A stretch of DNA of 64,000 bases from Prochlorococcus sp. AG-459-B06 (GTDB taxonomy: Bacteria; Cyanobacteriota; Cyanobacteriia; PCC-6307; Cyanobiaceae). Both the position numbers and the translations under genes were made by a program. The DNA lies in the NCBI GenBank assembly GCA_003209475.1, contig QCQY01000004.1:6115-70114 (forward strand), in the 5' to 3' direction. Below, in pieces: positions 23,811-34,559 of this stretch; within the stretch, counting starts at the first letter, position 1; every line of letters begins with the position of its first letter. The notes below the pieces were generated by a model, which searched no databases, was not told the origin of the DNA, and saw nothing but the letters and a program-made list of their open reading frames with translations.

Positions 23811-25397
23811 TCATAGAGTAACTGGATTAGCGTTGGTAATCCCATCAACTTCAATAATGGTATCAAGCAACTTATTGGGTATTGGATCATCAATACTTAG
23901 AACCATAACAGCTTCCCCTCTAACAATTTTGCGCCCAACTTGCATTGAGGCAATATTTACATTGTTGCTACCTAATAAAGACCCTAGCTTGCCGATAATG
24001 CCTGGCATATCTCTGTGCCTAGTAACCAACATATATCTACTTGGTGATACATTAACTGGGTATTGATCAATACTAATAATTCTTAATTCCCCATCAGCAA
24101 AAATGCTTCCCGCTACGCTATGGTCGCCGTTATCTCCATAAGTGGTTAACTGAAGCGAACCACTAGCAAATTCAGGTCTTGCCTCATCTTTATTCTCGAC
24201 TATTGAAATACCTCTTGAATCTGCTTCTAGTGAAGCATTCACATAATTAATTCTATCTCCCAAAGCTTTACTTAGAAGGCCTTTTAGACTAGCTATTATT
24301 AATGGCTGAGAAGGATGTTGAACAAATTCACCTTGAAGCTTTACTTCTAGTTTTTGTATCTGCCCACCTGAAAGCTGGCTTATAAGCAGACCCATGGTTT
24401 CAGCTAACTGCAAATGAGGTTTCAGACTATCCATAATATCAGGGCTCAAACCTGGAATATTTACTGCAGTTCTAGCAGATAAACCAAGCAAGACATCCCT
24501 TATTTGTTCCGCAACATCAACAGCTACATTTTCTTGTGCTTCCCGAGTAGATGCTCCTAAGTGGGGGGTAAGAATAAGATTCTTTTCAACCTTCAAAAGT
24601 GGTGAATTAGATTCCAAAGGTTCTTTAGAAAAGACATCTATTGCAGCACCTGCAATCAATGATTTATTTAAAGCTTCTGCTAATGCCTCTTCATCAATCA
24701 AGCCTCCTCGAGCACAATTAATTAATTTTGCGCTACTTTTCATATTTTTAAGCACCTCCATATTTACCAAATTCTCTGTCTCTGGTGTGCGAGGTAAATG
24801 CAAAGTTACATAATCGGATTGTTGGAATAAATCTTCTAGATCAGATAGTTTAACTTGGATTTGTTGAGCTCTTTCAGTTGAAACAAAGGGATCATATCCG
24901 CAAACTTCCATTCCTAATGCATTAGCAACTTTTGCTACATGAGCACCAATTTTTCCTAAACCTACTACACCTAATTTTTTCTTATAAAGCTCATTCCCAA
25001 CGAATTTCTTTCTCTCCCATTTACCTAACAAAGTACTACTATTAGCAATTGGAATATGCCTAGATAAGGCTAACATCATAGCTATGGTATGTTCAGCCGC
25101 TGCTATTGTGTTACCCCCTGGCGAATTAACAACAAGGACTCCTTTTTGCGTAGCAGCCTTAACATCTACATTATCGACTCCAACTCCTGCTCTCCCAATG
25201 ATTCTCAGTTTACTTGAAGAGTTTATAATCTCTTCTGTCACTTGAGTCCCAGAGCGAATCATTAAAGCATCATAATCTTTAATAATGGAAGCTAACTCAG
25301 AGTCTGAGATTCCTATCTTCTGATCAACCTGAGCAACTTGTGAAAGAATATCGATTCCTGTTTGATCAATTGGATCCGTAATGAGAACTTTTGTCAT
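23811..25397 (-). CDS. serA: D-3-phosphoglycerate dehydrogenase
   Basis: GRAGVGVDN, GLGKIG, INCARG, TPHLGAST, C-terminal ACT domain. Confidence 0.96.
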   Translation of the reverse strand: MTKVLITDPIDQTGIDILSQVAQVDQKIGISDSELASIIKDYDALMIRSGTQVTEEIINSSSKLRIIGRAGVGVDNVDVKAATQKGVLVVNSPGGNTIAAAEHTIAMMLALSRHIPIANSSTLLGKWERKKFVGNELYKKKLGVVGLGKIGAHVAKVANALGMEVCGYDPFVSTERAQQIQVKLSDLEDLFQQSDYVTLHLPRTPETENLVNMEVLKNMKSSAKLINCARGGLIDEEALAEALNKSLIAGAAIDVFSKEPLESNSPLLKVEKNLILTPHLGASTREAQENVAVDVAEQIRDVLLGLSARTAVNIPGLSPDIMDSLKPHLQLAETMGLLISQLSGGQIQKLEVKLQGEFVQHPSQPLIIASLKGLLSKALGDRINYVNASLEADSRGISIVENKDEARPEFASGSLQLTTYGDNGDHSVAGSIFADGELRIISIDQYPVNVSPSRYMLVTRHRDMPGIIGKLGSLLGSNNVNIASMQVGRKIVRGEAVMVLSIDDPIPNKLLDTIIEVDGITNANPVTL

Positions 25398-25496
25398 TTA
25401 AGATTGGTTCTTTAATCTTTTACTTTAACTTAATCTATAGTGTATGTATCTTATTTTATTAATTTGAATAACACACAAACATTTGAGGATTGAAAT

Positions 25497-26063
25497 TTGA
25501 CTAAAAGCATTGTGATATTTGAAGACATTAATAAATGTATCCAACTATTTGATGTTTTCAACGAAAAATCAGTAATGCTCTCTGAAGCTATTTTGATCCC
25601 ACCAATAAGTGAGAAAATATCATCAGACGAAACAGAATTGCTAAATGCGAAAGCAAATATCTTATTCAAATCTCAAAATTTTGAAGATATAAGAATCTTA
25701 AATCCTATACTTGATAGGAAGATCAGGCAAAAAGATATGAGTAGATGGCTAATGCCGTTTGGGTTTATAGCTGGAATAGCTTTTTCTAATATGACAAATT
25801 TATCTACCTTCAACTTTCTTGGTTTAAATAATATCGGGGAATCATTAATTGGAGGTCTTTTAGGAATGGGTTCAGGATATTTAGGAAGCATTGTTTCTTC
25901 TGCAAGTATCAACATTAATAGAAATAAAGAGTTGAGATCAATCATTAATTTTAATAAAGAGGGTAAATGGCTTGTTCTACTTGAAAATCAAATTGGGACC
26001 GAATTACCTTGGGCTTTAATAAAACAATCAGAAGCAAAAGATATAATTTTTTTAGAAGGCTAA
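25497..26063 (+). CDS. conserved hypothetical membrane protein
   Basis: WLMPFGF..G glycine-rich hydrophobic segments; start uncertain. Confidence 0.7.
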   Translation: MTKSIVIFEDINKCIQLFDVFNEKSVMLSEAILIPPISEKISSDETELLNAKANILFKSQNFEDIRILNPILDRKIRQKDMSRWLMPFGFIAGIAFSNMTNLSTFNFLGLNNIGESLIGGLLGMGSGYLGSIVSSASININRNKELRSIINFNKEGKWLVLLENQIGTELPWALIKQSEAKDIIFLEG

Positions 26064-26855
26064 ATGATTGACTTAAAAGAAATCTTAATAAATTCAAACT
26101 ACAAAAAAGAAACTGAGGAATTAATAAATATTGCTAACTTAGCTTATAAACACTGGGAAACTTATTGGACTGGGTTTAATTCAACTTATGTTTGCGAGGA
26201 GATTTTAAAAGATTTTAAAAATTTAAATGATTTCAAATTTTTTATTTATGGAGGATTCTCCTCTTCTCAAAGATCTAGGATAGCTTGCTTTAGAGAGGAT
26301 AATATTCCTGAGGAGGATGCGCTAAAAAGTAATTTTCCAGCTCAAGGAATAAAAATTCATGGAAATTTTTTATTTGATAATGCTACACAAGACGATTTTA
26401 GATCCCTCTTAATTGAAAATGGTGTTAATCAAATAAAAGTTGGAGATATATGGACTATTGGCGATAGGGGAGCACAAGGGATAATTGATAATTTAGATAT
26501 TAAGCACCTAGATGAAAAGATTTTTTATTTGAGAGACGTAAAAGTAAAAGTTAATTTAGTAGGTATAGATGAATTACAAATACCTTCTGGAAGATCCAAA
26601 AAACTTGTCAATACAGTAGAGGCTTCAACAAGATTAGATGCTATAGCTTCAGCGGGCTTTGGGGTATCACGAACCAAAATCATTGAAAGGATAGAAAATG
26701 GAATGCTCAGATTAAATGGAAGCAAAGTTAATAAGCCAACTATTAATCTAAAAATTGGCGACAAACTAGAACTTGAAAATAAAGGATTTATCGAAATTCT
26801 GAATTTAGAAATAACCAAAAGAGAACGATGGAAAGTTAAATTACTTAGAAAATGA
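26064..26855 (+). CDS. photosystem II S4 domain protein (YlmH family)
   Basis: VEASTRLDAIASAGFG.SR S4 domain. Confidence 0.88.
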   Translation: MIDLKEILINSNYKKETEELINIANLAYKHWETYWTGFNSTYVCEEILKDFKNLNDFKFFIYGGFSSSQRSRIACFREDNIPEEDALKSNFPAQGIKIHGNFLFDNATQDDFRSLLIENGVNQIKVGDIWTIGDRGAQGIIDNLDIKHLDEKIFYLRDVKVKVNLVGIDELQIPSGRSKKLVNTVEASTRLDAIASAGFGVSRTKIIERIENGMLRLNGSKVNKPTINLKIGDKLELENKGFIEILNLEITKRERWKVKLLRK

Positions 26856-26904
26856 AACGCAACCTGCTATTTTCTTATAAGGGGAATTAAAAATTCTTCA
26901 ATTT

Positions 26905-26976
26905 GGGCGATTAGCTCAGTGGTAGAGCACTACCTCGACACGGTAGTGGCCACTGGTTCGAATCCAGTATCGCCCA
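26905..26976 (+). tRNA. trnV: tRNA-Val(GAC)
   Basis: GGGCGAT...ATCGCCCA acceptor stem, anticodon arm CTACC-TC-GAC-AC-GGTAG, GGTTCGAATCC T-arm. Confidence 0.98.
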
Positions 26977-27043
26977 TTAAAACTTTTAACAACTTAGGTT
27001 ATATCCACAGAAAATAATTACATTTTTTAGATTATTAATAAAG

Positions 27044-27661
27044 ATGAAACTTAATCAAATAATTAATCTACATAAAGGGCTCACTGCATTTGTAGTGATA
27101 GGTCTTATGATTCTTTTTGATAATTTTACGATCGCTCCCTACGTTTATTTAGCTCTACATGGTACTTATGGATTACTTTGGCTTCTAAAAGAAAAGATAT
27201 TCCCAGATCCTTATTTTAAAGAAAAAATCAATTTTTTAACTTCAGTAACTGGTTTTATTTTCCTTGGAAGTTACTGGGTAGCTCCCTACATTCTTATCTC
27301 ATCTCAGAAATCTGTTCCAAATATCGTAATAGCTGCATCTGTATCTATAAATATAATTGGTGTGTTTCTACACTTTGCTAGTGATGCTCAAAAATACTTT
27401 TCTCTTAAATTAAAAAAAGAATTAATTAAAGAAGGATTTTTCAAAAATATAAGAAATACAAATTATCTAGGAGAAATACTAATTTATCTATCATTCGCCA
27501 TACTTTCAATGAGTTTCATTCCATTAGTAATTCTTGCAATATTTTTCTCTATAGTTTTTCTACCAAGAATGATAAAAAAAGATAAATCGCTCTCAAAATA
27601 TGATTCATTCGAAGAATACAAAAAGAAAAGTGGTCTTATATTGCCTAAATTAAATGCCTGA
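27044..27661 (+). CDS. steroid 5-alpha-reductase/DUF1295-like membrane protein
   Basis: YLALHGTYG, SDAQKY, RNTNYLGE. Confidence 0.75.
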   Translation: MKLNQIINLHKGLTAFVVIGLMILFDNFTIAPYVYLALHGTYGLLWLLKEKIFPDPYFKEKINFLTSVTGFIFLGSYWVAPYILISSQKSVPNIVIAASVSINIIGVFLHFASDAQKYFSLKLKKELIKEGFFKNIRNTNYLGEILIYLSFAILSMSFIPLVILAIFFSIVFLPRMIKKDKSLSKYDSFEEYKKKSGLILPKLNA

Positions 27662-28205
27662 TAACAACTTACCCAGTTGGAGGCAAGATTTAAAATCTTC
27701 TAGAAAAAAAGAGGGCAAATCACCCTCTAATAGATGGATACAGCTTGCAACAGTCAGCGAAGAAAATGAGCCAAGATTAAGAACAGTTGTTTTCAGAGGA
27801 TGGCAAAAAGATAGTTCAATGATTATTTTCACAGATAGAAGAAGTGAAAAAATTGGGCATTTAAAATTTAACCCTAATGCAGAAATATTATGGTTCTTTT
27901 TGAAAACCAAATCACAATATAGATTCAAAGGAAAAATACGTGAATTAAGTGATAACAAAAATTATTGGGATTTATTATCAGAAAAATCAAAATCTTCTTG
28001 GTTTTGGGGATCTCCTGGAAAGAAAATAAACCCAAAAGTCCAATCTGCTCATGAAATATTATCCAATCAACCCAAGTCAGAAAATTTTGTAGTTCTAAAT
28101 TTTGAAATCGATTCAGTTGATCTTCTTAAATTAGAACAGCCTGTTCATAAAAGATATCTTTGGGAAAAGATTAAGAAATGGGAAAAAGTTGAAATTAATC
28201 CTTAA
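27654..28205 (+). CDS. pyridoxamine 5'-phosphate oxidase family FMN-binding protein
   Basis: QLATV...PRLRTVVFRG...TDRRSEK. Confidence 0.85.
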   Translation: MPDNNLPSWRQDLKSSRKKEGKSPSNRWIQLATVSEENEPRLRTVVFRGWQKDSSMIIFTDRRSEKIGHLKFNPNAEILWFFLKTKSQYRFKGKIRELSDNKNYWDLLSEKSKSSWFWGSPGKKINPKVQSAHEILSNQPKSENFVVLNFEIDSVDLLKLEQPVHKRYLWEKIKKWEKVEINP

Positions 28206-28279
28206 ATATTTCTAAATTGTATATTTAGGTTGAAAAACATATATTGATCAGTCAGTTTAAAAAAAGAAGTATTATAAAT

Positions 28280-28453
28280 ATGAATTTCTCAGAAATTCCC
28301 GAAAACCCTTTTATTTTTTTATCTTGGGTAACTGCTATAGGACTGTTTATAAGTCTTTCTGAAGCAACAATCAAGATAAAACTTGAGAAGAGAAACATTT
28401 ATCGCAAAAGGCTAGAGTTAATCAATAACCTTTATCCAAAAAAGTTAGCTTGA
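28280..28453 (+). CDS. small single-TM protein
   Basis: MNFSEIPENPFIFLSW...LYPKKLA; ATG start preferred over the TTG at 28244. Confidence 0.55.
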   Translation: MNFSEIPENPFIFLSWVTAIGLFISLSEATIKIKLEKRNIYRKRLELINNLYPKKLA

Positions 28454-28996
28454 AGTATCTGAGAGTATGTTGGCTTGCAGAAATTGGAATAAACCACCTT
28501 TACTTGTTTCCTCTTCAATTTCAACTTCCTTAGAATTTTTTGATTTAGTTGTCTTTATAATTTCCTCTTCATCTTCTGATTTCAAAATTCTTATAATCAC
28601 TTCGTCTAATGAGAAATTACCAGGCCCTGTTAATGCAATTGATGTAGCTGAAGCAAAATACAAAAGTAAAAGCTCTAGTAAGAAAATATTAAAACCAGAA
28701 GTAACAAGTGCATGATATATAGCTACAGAAATTGTTCCAACAATTGCCAAAGCTCCGAATCTTGTAGCCAAGCCGATAATTAGTAGCCAACTACCACCTA
28801 TTTCTGAGAATGCTGCTATATATGACAAAAATATTGGGAATGGAAGATGTAATGGTCTAACAAAAGCATCAGCGAAATTTTCAATATTTGCTAATTTCTC
28901 ATAACCGTGATGTATTAGAACGGTTCCAGTTATAACTCTAAGAATTAATAAAGCAGTATCTTTGCTAAACGACTTTGTGAGAATTGTTGAAAGCAC
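28445..28996 (-). CDS. DoxX family membrane protein
   Basis: LLILR...HHGYEKL...E..GS.LL..GL.TR...GPG.FSLD. Confidence 0.88.
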   Translation of the reverse strand: MLSTILTKSFSKDTALLILRVITGTVLIHHGYEKLANIENFADAFVRPLHLPFPIFLSYIAAFSEIGGSWLLIIGLATRFGALAIVGTISVAIYHALVTSGFNIFLLELLLLYFASATSIALTGPGNFSLDEVIIRILKSEDEEEIIKTTKSKNSKEVEIEEETSKGGLFQFLQANILSDTSS

Positions 28997-29074
28997 TATA
29001 AAATAATTATCCTTAAGTAAAAATAACTAGTCACAGTATCCATCGTGGATTAAACAGCAAAAGTCGCACCTAAA

Positions 29075-29090
29075 TAAGTATTTATACTTA
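29075..29090. promoter_or_regulatory. palindromic putative operator TAAGTAT-TT-ATACTTA
   Basis: 7-bp arms; 15-nt identical copy at 56975-56989. Confidence 0.5.
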
Positions 29091-29131
29091 CTGACCAAAA
29101 GAGTTATTTTCTAATTAGGAATTCAACTAAG

Positions 29132-30286
29132 TTAAAGATTATTTTTTGAAAAATTTTCTAATATTCTTTGATTTATTTTTGGAATATTTTCTTTAAATTT
29201 AAAAAACCCTCTTTTAGCAAATTTCCAAGCAAATAAATCTTCATCCCTCACAAGATTAAAAATTTTTTTATGGTGTAAATTTTTAAACTCAGTTATGAAA
29301 TCATAATTTTCTCCCAATCCAGGATAAATAATATCTATTTCGTAGATATTTTTAAAAGTATTTTCAAGTGAATAAGGATCAATCTGTTCAACATTATCAA
29401 ATTGCTCTACAAATTCAGAGACCAAATCTTGTTTAAATTTCAAAACAGATTCAGACAATTTAATTTGTCTTTGTTCATTTTTTAAAAGGATAATAAATAC
29501 TTTTTTATAGCTTGGAAGTAAATTTTTAAGGGTTTCAAGGTGCAGATCATTTTCAAACATAATCAGATTATCTGATTTAGGATCCATATCATTTTTATAA
29601 ATCTCATCTTCAAATGGAATTTGATTAGATTCTTCAAGAAAAATTTGTTGATTACTTATTTTTTCTACATTAAATCTATTATTTGAAAACTTTCTGAGGT
29701 TTGATGATGAAAAAAAATATTGTTTTCCCTTCGTTTGCAATCCTCCTACCCATCTCCAGCTAAGGAGATTAGACGAAGCATCTCCATCAAAAAGATATTT
29801 TAAGAAAAACTTTGCTCCCAATTGCCATGGGAGGCCTAAATTAAATATCCAAGTACTCGCAAACCACATTCTTGTATGGTTATGCAAATAGTTGTACTGC
29901 TTTATTTCATGGACCCAAGAATTAAAAAAATCTAATTCTGTATTGCCATTAATTGCACTTTCATATAGCTCATAATCAAAATCGAGATTTTTTTCTGAAA
30001 TAAAATTTCTCCAAACTTTAGGTCTATTTTCCATCCACCCTTTCCAGTAAACTCTCCAAAATATTTCTTCAACAAATTTAGTTGAATTTTTGATTTTGTA
30101 CTTACTTTTAATATCATGGATCAGATCATATTCCGATAATATTCTATGAGTAATGAAAGGCGATAATTTTGAAACTGAACTTTCATTCTTTGGCCCAAAA
30201 TCAAAATTTCTTAATTTTGCATAATCATTAATTTTGTATTTCGCAAAATTTTCCCAGGTATTTTGAGCTTTTAATAAAAATGACAT
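29132..30286 (-). CDS. photolyase-like FAD-binding protein
   Basis: VSKLSPFI, YLHNHTRMWFAS, DGDASSN.LSWRW. Confidence 0.85.
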   Translation of the reverse strand: MSFLLKAQNTWENFAKYKINDYAKLRNFDFGPKNESSVSKLSPFITHRILSEYDLIHDIKSKYKIKNSTKFVEEIFWRVYWKGWMENRPKVWRNFISEKNLDFDYELYESAINGNTELDFFNSWVHEIKQYNYLHNHTRMWFASTWIFNLGLPWQLGAKFFLKYLFDGDASSNLLSWRWVGGLQTKGKQYFFSSSNLRKFSNNRFNVEKISNQQIFLEESNQIPFEDEIYKNDMDPKSDNLIMFENDLHLETLKNLLPSYKKVFIILLKNEQRQIKLSESVLKFKQDLVSEFVEQFDNVEQIDPYSLENTFKNIYEIDIIYPGLGENYDFITEFKNLHHKKIFNLVRDEDLFAWKFAKRGFFKFKENIPKINQRILENFSKNNL

Positions 30287-30564
30287 TTTCTCATAACTTT
30301 AAAAAATTTTTTTTTGTATTGATGGAAATATCAAAAAATTTGTCTGCAAATTAATCCTTAAAATTTTCTATTTCACTTTTAAGTAAATATGTTTGATTGA
30401 AGTATTTAATTTAAACACTTGATCAGTACATTTTATACTCTTAAATCGCTCTCTGCGTAGGAGGATATTTAGTGGTCAATTACTTTTTAGATCTAATTTT
30501 AATTTTCAAATCTTTATTTAAATGATTTTTTCTAAAAGATTTTTAAATATTTATCAAAATTAAT

Positions 30565-31314
30565 ATGAATAATTTATTAGTGAGAGATGTTAAGTATTTG
30601 GATGAACAATACAGAATAGGTGAAGGCATAATTTCGGATGATGCATTTAAGCAACTTGAAAAGCTCTTTATTCCTGTTAATCCAGAGCCTGACATCTTTA
30701 ATCAAAAAAATAATACACTTTTGCCAAAATTATCCAAAGAAAACTATAAAGAATTTTTGGAAAGTTTATTAATGAAAACAAGATTAAGCATTCAACCAAA
30801 AATTGATGGCTGTGCTATTGCAATTAGATATATAGATGGCAAGTTCAATAAAGCTATTACAAAAAAAGGATTTGATGTCTCAAGCAAAATTAAACAAATT
30901 AAAAATGTCCCCGATTGTATTCCTATCAAACGAGATTTTCAAATTAGAGGTGAACTATACGCTACAAACCAAGTTGCCGGCATTTCCAAAAGAATTACAA
31001 GAAAATACCTCAATGATAAGAAAGGGATTGGAGAAAGTCTCCGCTTTTGCTGTTTCCAAATACTTAATGGAAGACTTAATCAATACGAAACCATTAACTA
31101 TCTTAAAAAATGTGGCTTCAGCACCCCTGACAGTTACTTCACAAATCATACAAGCGAAATCCAAATATATAAAAAAAATTGGTTAGAAAAAAAAATATTT
31201 GCGAAATATCCAACTAATGGGATAGTTATAAAAATAAATAGTAGGAAATTACAGTTATTGAGAGAGAAAAGTTTATCTCAAAATAACGAATGGCAATATG
31301 CAATTGAAAAATAA
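30565..31314 (+). CDS. NAD-dependent DNA ligase, adenylation domain only
   Basis: QPKIDG, IRGELY, NGIVIK; ends before the OB/ZnF/HhH/BRCT domains. Confidence 0.8.
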   Translation: MNNLLVRDVKYLDEQYRIGEGIISDDAFKQLEKLFIPVNPEPDIFNQKNNTLLPKLSKENYKEFLESLLMKTRLSIQPKIDGCAIAIRYIDGKFNKAITKKGFDVSSKIKQIKNVPDCIPIKRDFQIRGELYATNQVAGISKRITRKYLNDKKGIGESLRFCCFQILNGRLNQYETINYLKKCGFSTPDSYFTNHTSEIQIYKKNWLEKKIFAKYPTNGIVIKINSRKLQLLREKSLSQNNEWQYAIEK

Positions 31315-31422
31315 TATTAAATAGTACCTTCAAAAAGAGCTCACGATACTAACTTCCAGTATTTACAGTAGAAAAGTAATTAAATTTTGGATAAATTCCA
31401 AAGCAATTTGCAGGATTACTAA

Positions 31423-32352
31423 ATGACTGCCACTATTTCTAGACCTAAAATCTCTAACTGGGGAACATCTAATATTCCAAACCTTACAGGCAAAACAGCG
31501 CTAATTACTGGTGCTAATAGTGGTCTTGGATACTACACTGCAAAGGCCTTTGCAGAAAAAGATGCTCATGTTGTTATAGCTTGTAGATCGCTTGAAAAAG
31601 CTTATCAAACTATCAAAAAACTCAAAGGTCTTAATCCTGAAGGATTATTTACACCTTTAGAATTAGATTTGTCAGATTTAAAAAATATTGTTGAAGTTCA
31701 GTCCAAAATTTTTGATAATTTTGAAAATTTGGATTTACTAATCAATAACGCAGGCATTATGCATCCGCCTAAAACTCTTAGTGCCCAGGGATATGAAATT
31801 CAATTTGCAGTTAATCATCTAGCTCACATGCTTTTGACCCTAAAGCTACTTCCAATTATTGAAAAAAAAGAAGAATCTAGAATAGTTACGGTTACTTCTG
31901 GAGCACAATTTTTTGGCAAAGTTGGTTGGGAAAATCTTAAAGCTGAGAACTATTACAACAAATGGGAATCTTACTCCAATAGCAAATTGGCAAATGTAAT
32001 GTTTGCTTTGGAACTAAATGAAAACTTAAAGCACAAAAATATACTTTCTTTAGCCGCTCACCCAGGAATTGCAAAAACAAATCTTTTTACTGCTCAAAAA
32101 CCTAACCCTAGTCCATTAGAAATTTTCTCCTTGGAATTATTTAGCCCTATTTTTCAAACTGCTGAAATGGGTGCTTTACCTCAACTTTTTGCAGCTACTT
32201 CTCCAGATGCAAAAGGCGGTGATCATTATGGTCCTAGATTTAATTTCAGAGGTCATCCAAAACTATCTCCTACTTCTCCTTTCGCTATGAATAAAAAAGA
32301 AAGAAAAAATTTATGGGAAAAAAGCCTTGAAATAATTAGTAACTTCTTATAA
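31423..32352 (+). CDS. short-chain dehydrogenase/reductase
   Basis: TGANSGLG, NNAGIM, YSNSK, HPG. Confidence 0.92.
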   Translation: MTATISRPKISNWGTSNIPNLTGKTALITGANSGLGYYTAKAFAEKDAHVVIACRSLEKAYQTIKKLKGLNPEGLFTPLELDLSDLKNIVEVQSKIFDNFENLDLLINNAGIMHPPKTLSAQGYEIQFAVNHLAHMLLTLKLLPIIEKKEESRIVTVTSGAQFFGKVGWENLKAENYYNKWESYSNSKLANVMFALELNENLKHKNILSLAAHPGIAKTNLFTAQKPNPSPLEIFSLELFSPIFQTAEMGALPQLFAATSPDAKGGDHYGPRFNFRGHPKLSPTSPFAMNKKERKNLWEKSLEIISNFL

Positions 32353-32613
32353 ATTTTTCATTTTTACTAACTTTAGAAAATACTTCAAGATATATAATTC
32401 ACTCTCTGAGAGTTTCATAAATTCTGTTAAGGCATCATAATTTTTTTCATCAATTTTTTTTGACAATTTAATAAAACTATCATGGTTTTCATTAACAAAG
32501 CGCTCAGCAATCTGAGACGGAGTTAAACCCTGTTCAATTAATTCACCTGGAGCATTTTTCTCCCACTCTTCATAAAACCAGGAGAACCAATATTTTGCAG
32601 TATTTTCTTCCAT
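32347..32613 (-). CDS. hypothetical protein (paralog of 43057..43383)
   Basis: Intact ORF, aligns by eye with 43057..43383. Confidence 0.7.
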   Translation of the reverse strand: MEENTAKYWFSWFYEEWEKNAPGELIEQGLTPSQIAERFVNENHDSFIKLSKKIDEKNYDALTEFMKLSESELYILKYFLKLVKMKNL

Positions 32614-32714
32614 TAATTAACTTTTCTTTGGCAAATACTATAAATACTGAAGAAAGATCTCATGATTGAATTACCCCTTAAACACAATTAATATAAATGC
32701 AATTATTAATTTAA

Positions 32715-34144
32715 TGATAGATAATCATTCTAGTAAAGGAAATATTAATCTTGTAATTGGATTAGGTAAATCTGGATTTTGGGCTGCCAAGTATTTGAGA
32801 AGTATCAATAAGAGAGTAATTGTTTGGGAAAGTAAAGATGGGATAGAATTCTTAGAAAGAAAAACAGAATTAGAAGAGCTCAATATACTAGTTTCTCTGA
32901 ATAAAAAATTTGTATTTGAAGAAATTCAACCTTTTGTGAAAGAGATCGAATCTGTTGTTGTAAGTCCATCAATACCTTATGACCATATAACTATTATTGA
33001 ATTAAAAAAAAAGGGAATTAAAGTAATTGGAGAAATTAATGTTGCATGGGAAATTTTAAAAGACACAAATTGGATAGGTATTACTGGCACTAATGGCAAG
33101 ACTACTGTTACTCATCTATTAAGCCATATACTCTGTGATACTGGATTATATGCTCCTTTTGCTGGAAATATTGGTACACCTTTATGTAAATATGCTCACT
33201 CCAAAAAACATGAAAAAATTGATTGGGTTGTAGCTGAATTAAGCAGTTATCAAATAGAAATATCTCCAGAAGTAAAACCTAATATTGGAATATGGACAAC
33301 CTTCACAGAAGATCATCTTGAAAGACATAAAACACTTGAAAACTATTTCAACATAAAGAAAAGCTTGCTAGAAAAATCTGATTTTAGAATTTATAATTAT
33401 GACGATAAAAACCTAAGAAATTACTATAGTTCGCTATCAAGAGGGGTTTGGATAACAACTAGTTTCGATAAATCAAATTTTATTCAATGCGATTATTGGA
33501 TAGATGATCAAGCATACATTGTTGAGAGAGGAAAGAAATTATTCAAACTTGAACATTTTTCTTTAAAAGGAATGCATAATCTGCAAAATCTTTTATTGGT
33601 AATTGCAGCAGCAAGAAAAGTTGGATTATCTGGGAAGAAGATTAAAGATTCTTTATCAAATTACAAACAATTACCCCATAGGATGGAAACAATTTATAAA
33701 AATGATGATCTGGAAATAATTAATGATAGTAAAGCTACAAATTTTGACTCATCTATTGCAGGAATAAGTTCAATTGAAGGTCAAATAATAATCATTGCTG
33801 GGGGCAGATTAAAAGGGGATGAATATAGTGAATGGATAAAAGTTTTAAAGAAAAAAGTTAAATGTGTTTTCCTTTTTGGAGAAAGCTCAAAAGTCCTAAA
33901 AATGGCGCTTATTAATGAAGGATTTAAAAAAAATATTTTTGAATTTTCAGAACTAAAAGAGCTTTTAAATTTTGTTTTTCATTATTTACAAAATAATAAG
34001 GTTGGAACATTATTATTCTCACCTTCATGCTCTAGTTTTGATCAATTTAAAAATTATGAAGAGCGTGGAGATTATTTCAAGAAACTAATAATTGAAAAAT
34101 TAAAGGTTAATAAATCCATTTTTTGTTCAAGTATCATTTCGTAA
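32715..34144 (+). CDS. murD: UDP-N-acetylmuramoyl-L-alanine--D-glutamate ligase
   Basis: [45 protein letters not shown]; ATG at 32715 preferred. Confidence 0.95.
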
Positions 34145-34230
34145 TTTTCAGGTCGGTCATCACAACCGTCTCCCCTCTAGCAAATATTCACTTATTTAGT
34201 TAGATTTTGACTATAAATAATCTACTAGCA

Positions 34231-34545
34231 ATGAGTGAATCTAACAATTTACCTCAAGCAATAAGTCATAAAAAATTGAGTTACTTGATGCTTAAAGCAC
34301 AAAAAGATTCTCATTTTTCTGACGAATTAGCAGAAATAGAAAGCCCCGAACAAAGAGAATTTGAAGAGTTAATTAACAATTGGGAAGCTTCAACTAAGAA
34401 AATAGTTAATGAGTTATCAAAAAGAAAAGAGAATTTACTAAAAGATAAATCACCAAATTCCTTAATTGCTCTTGGTGCTATGGAAGTTCACCTTAACATG
34501 GCTTTGCAAGCCTTAAATGCATTTAATAAAGGAGTTGATGGGTAA
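34231..34545 (+). CDS. conserved hypothetical protein
   Basis: MSESNNLPQAISH...LIALGAMEVHLNMALQAL. Confidence 0.7.
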   Translation: MSESNNLPQAISHKKLSYLMLKAQKDSHFSDELAEIESPEQREFEELINNWEASTKKIVNELSKRKENLLKDKSPNSLIALGAMEVHLNMALQALNAFNKGVDG

Positions 34546-34559
34546 AATCAACATATAAA

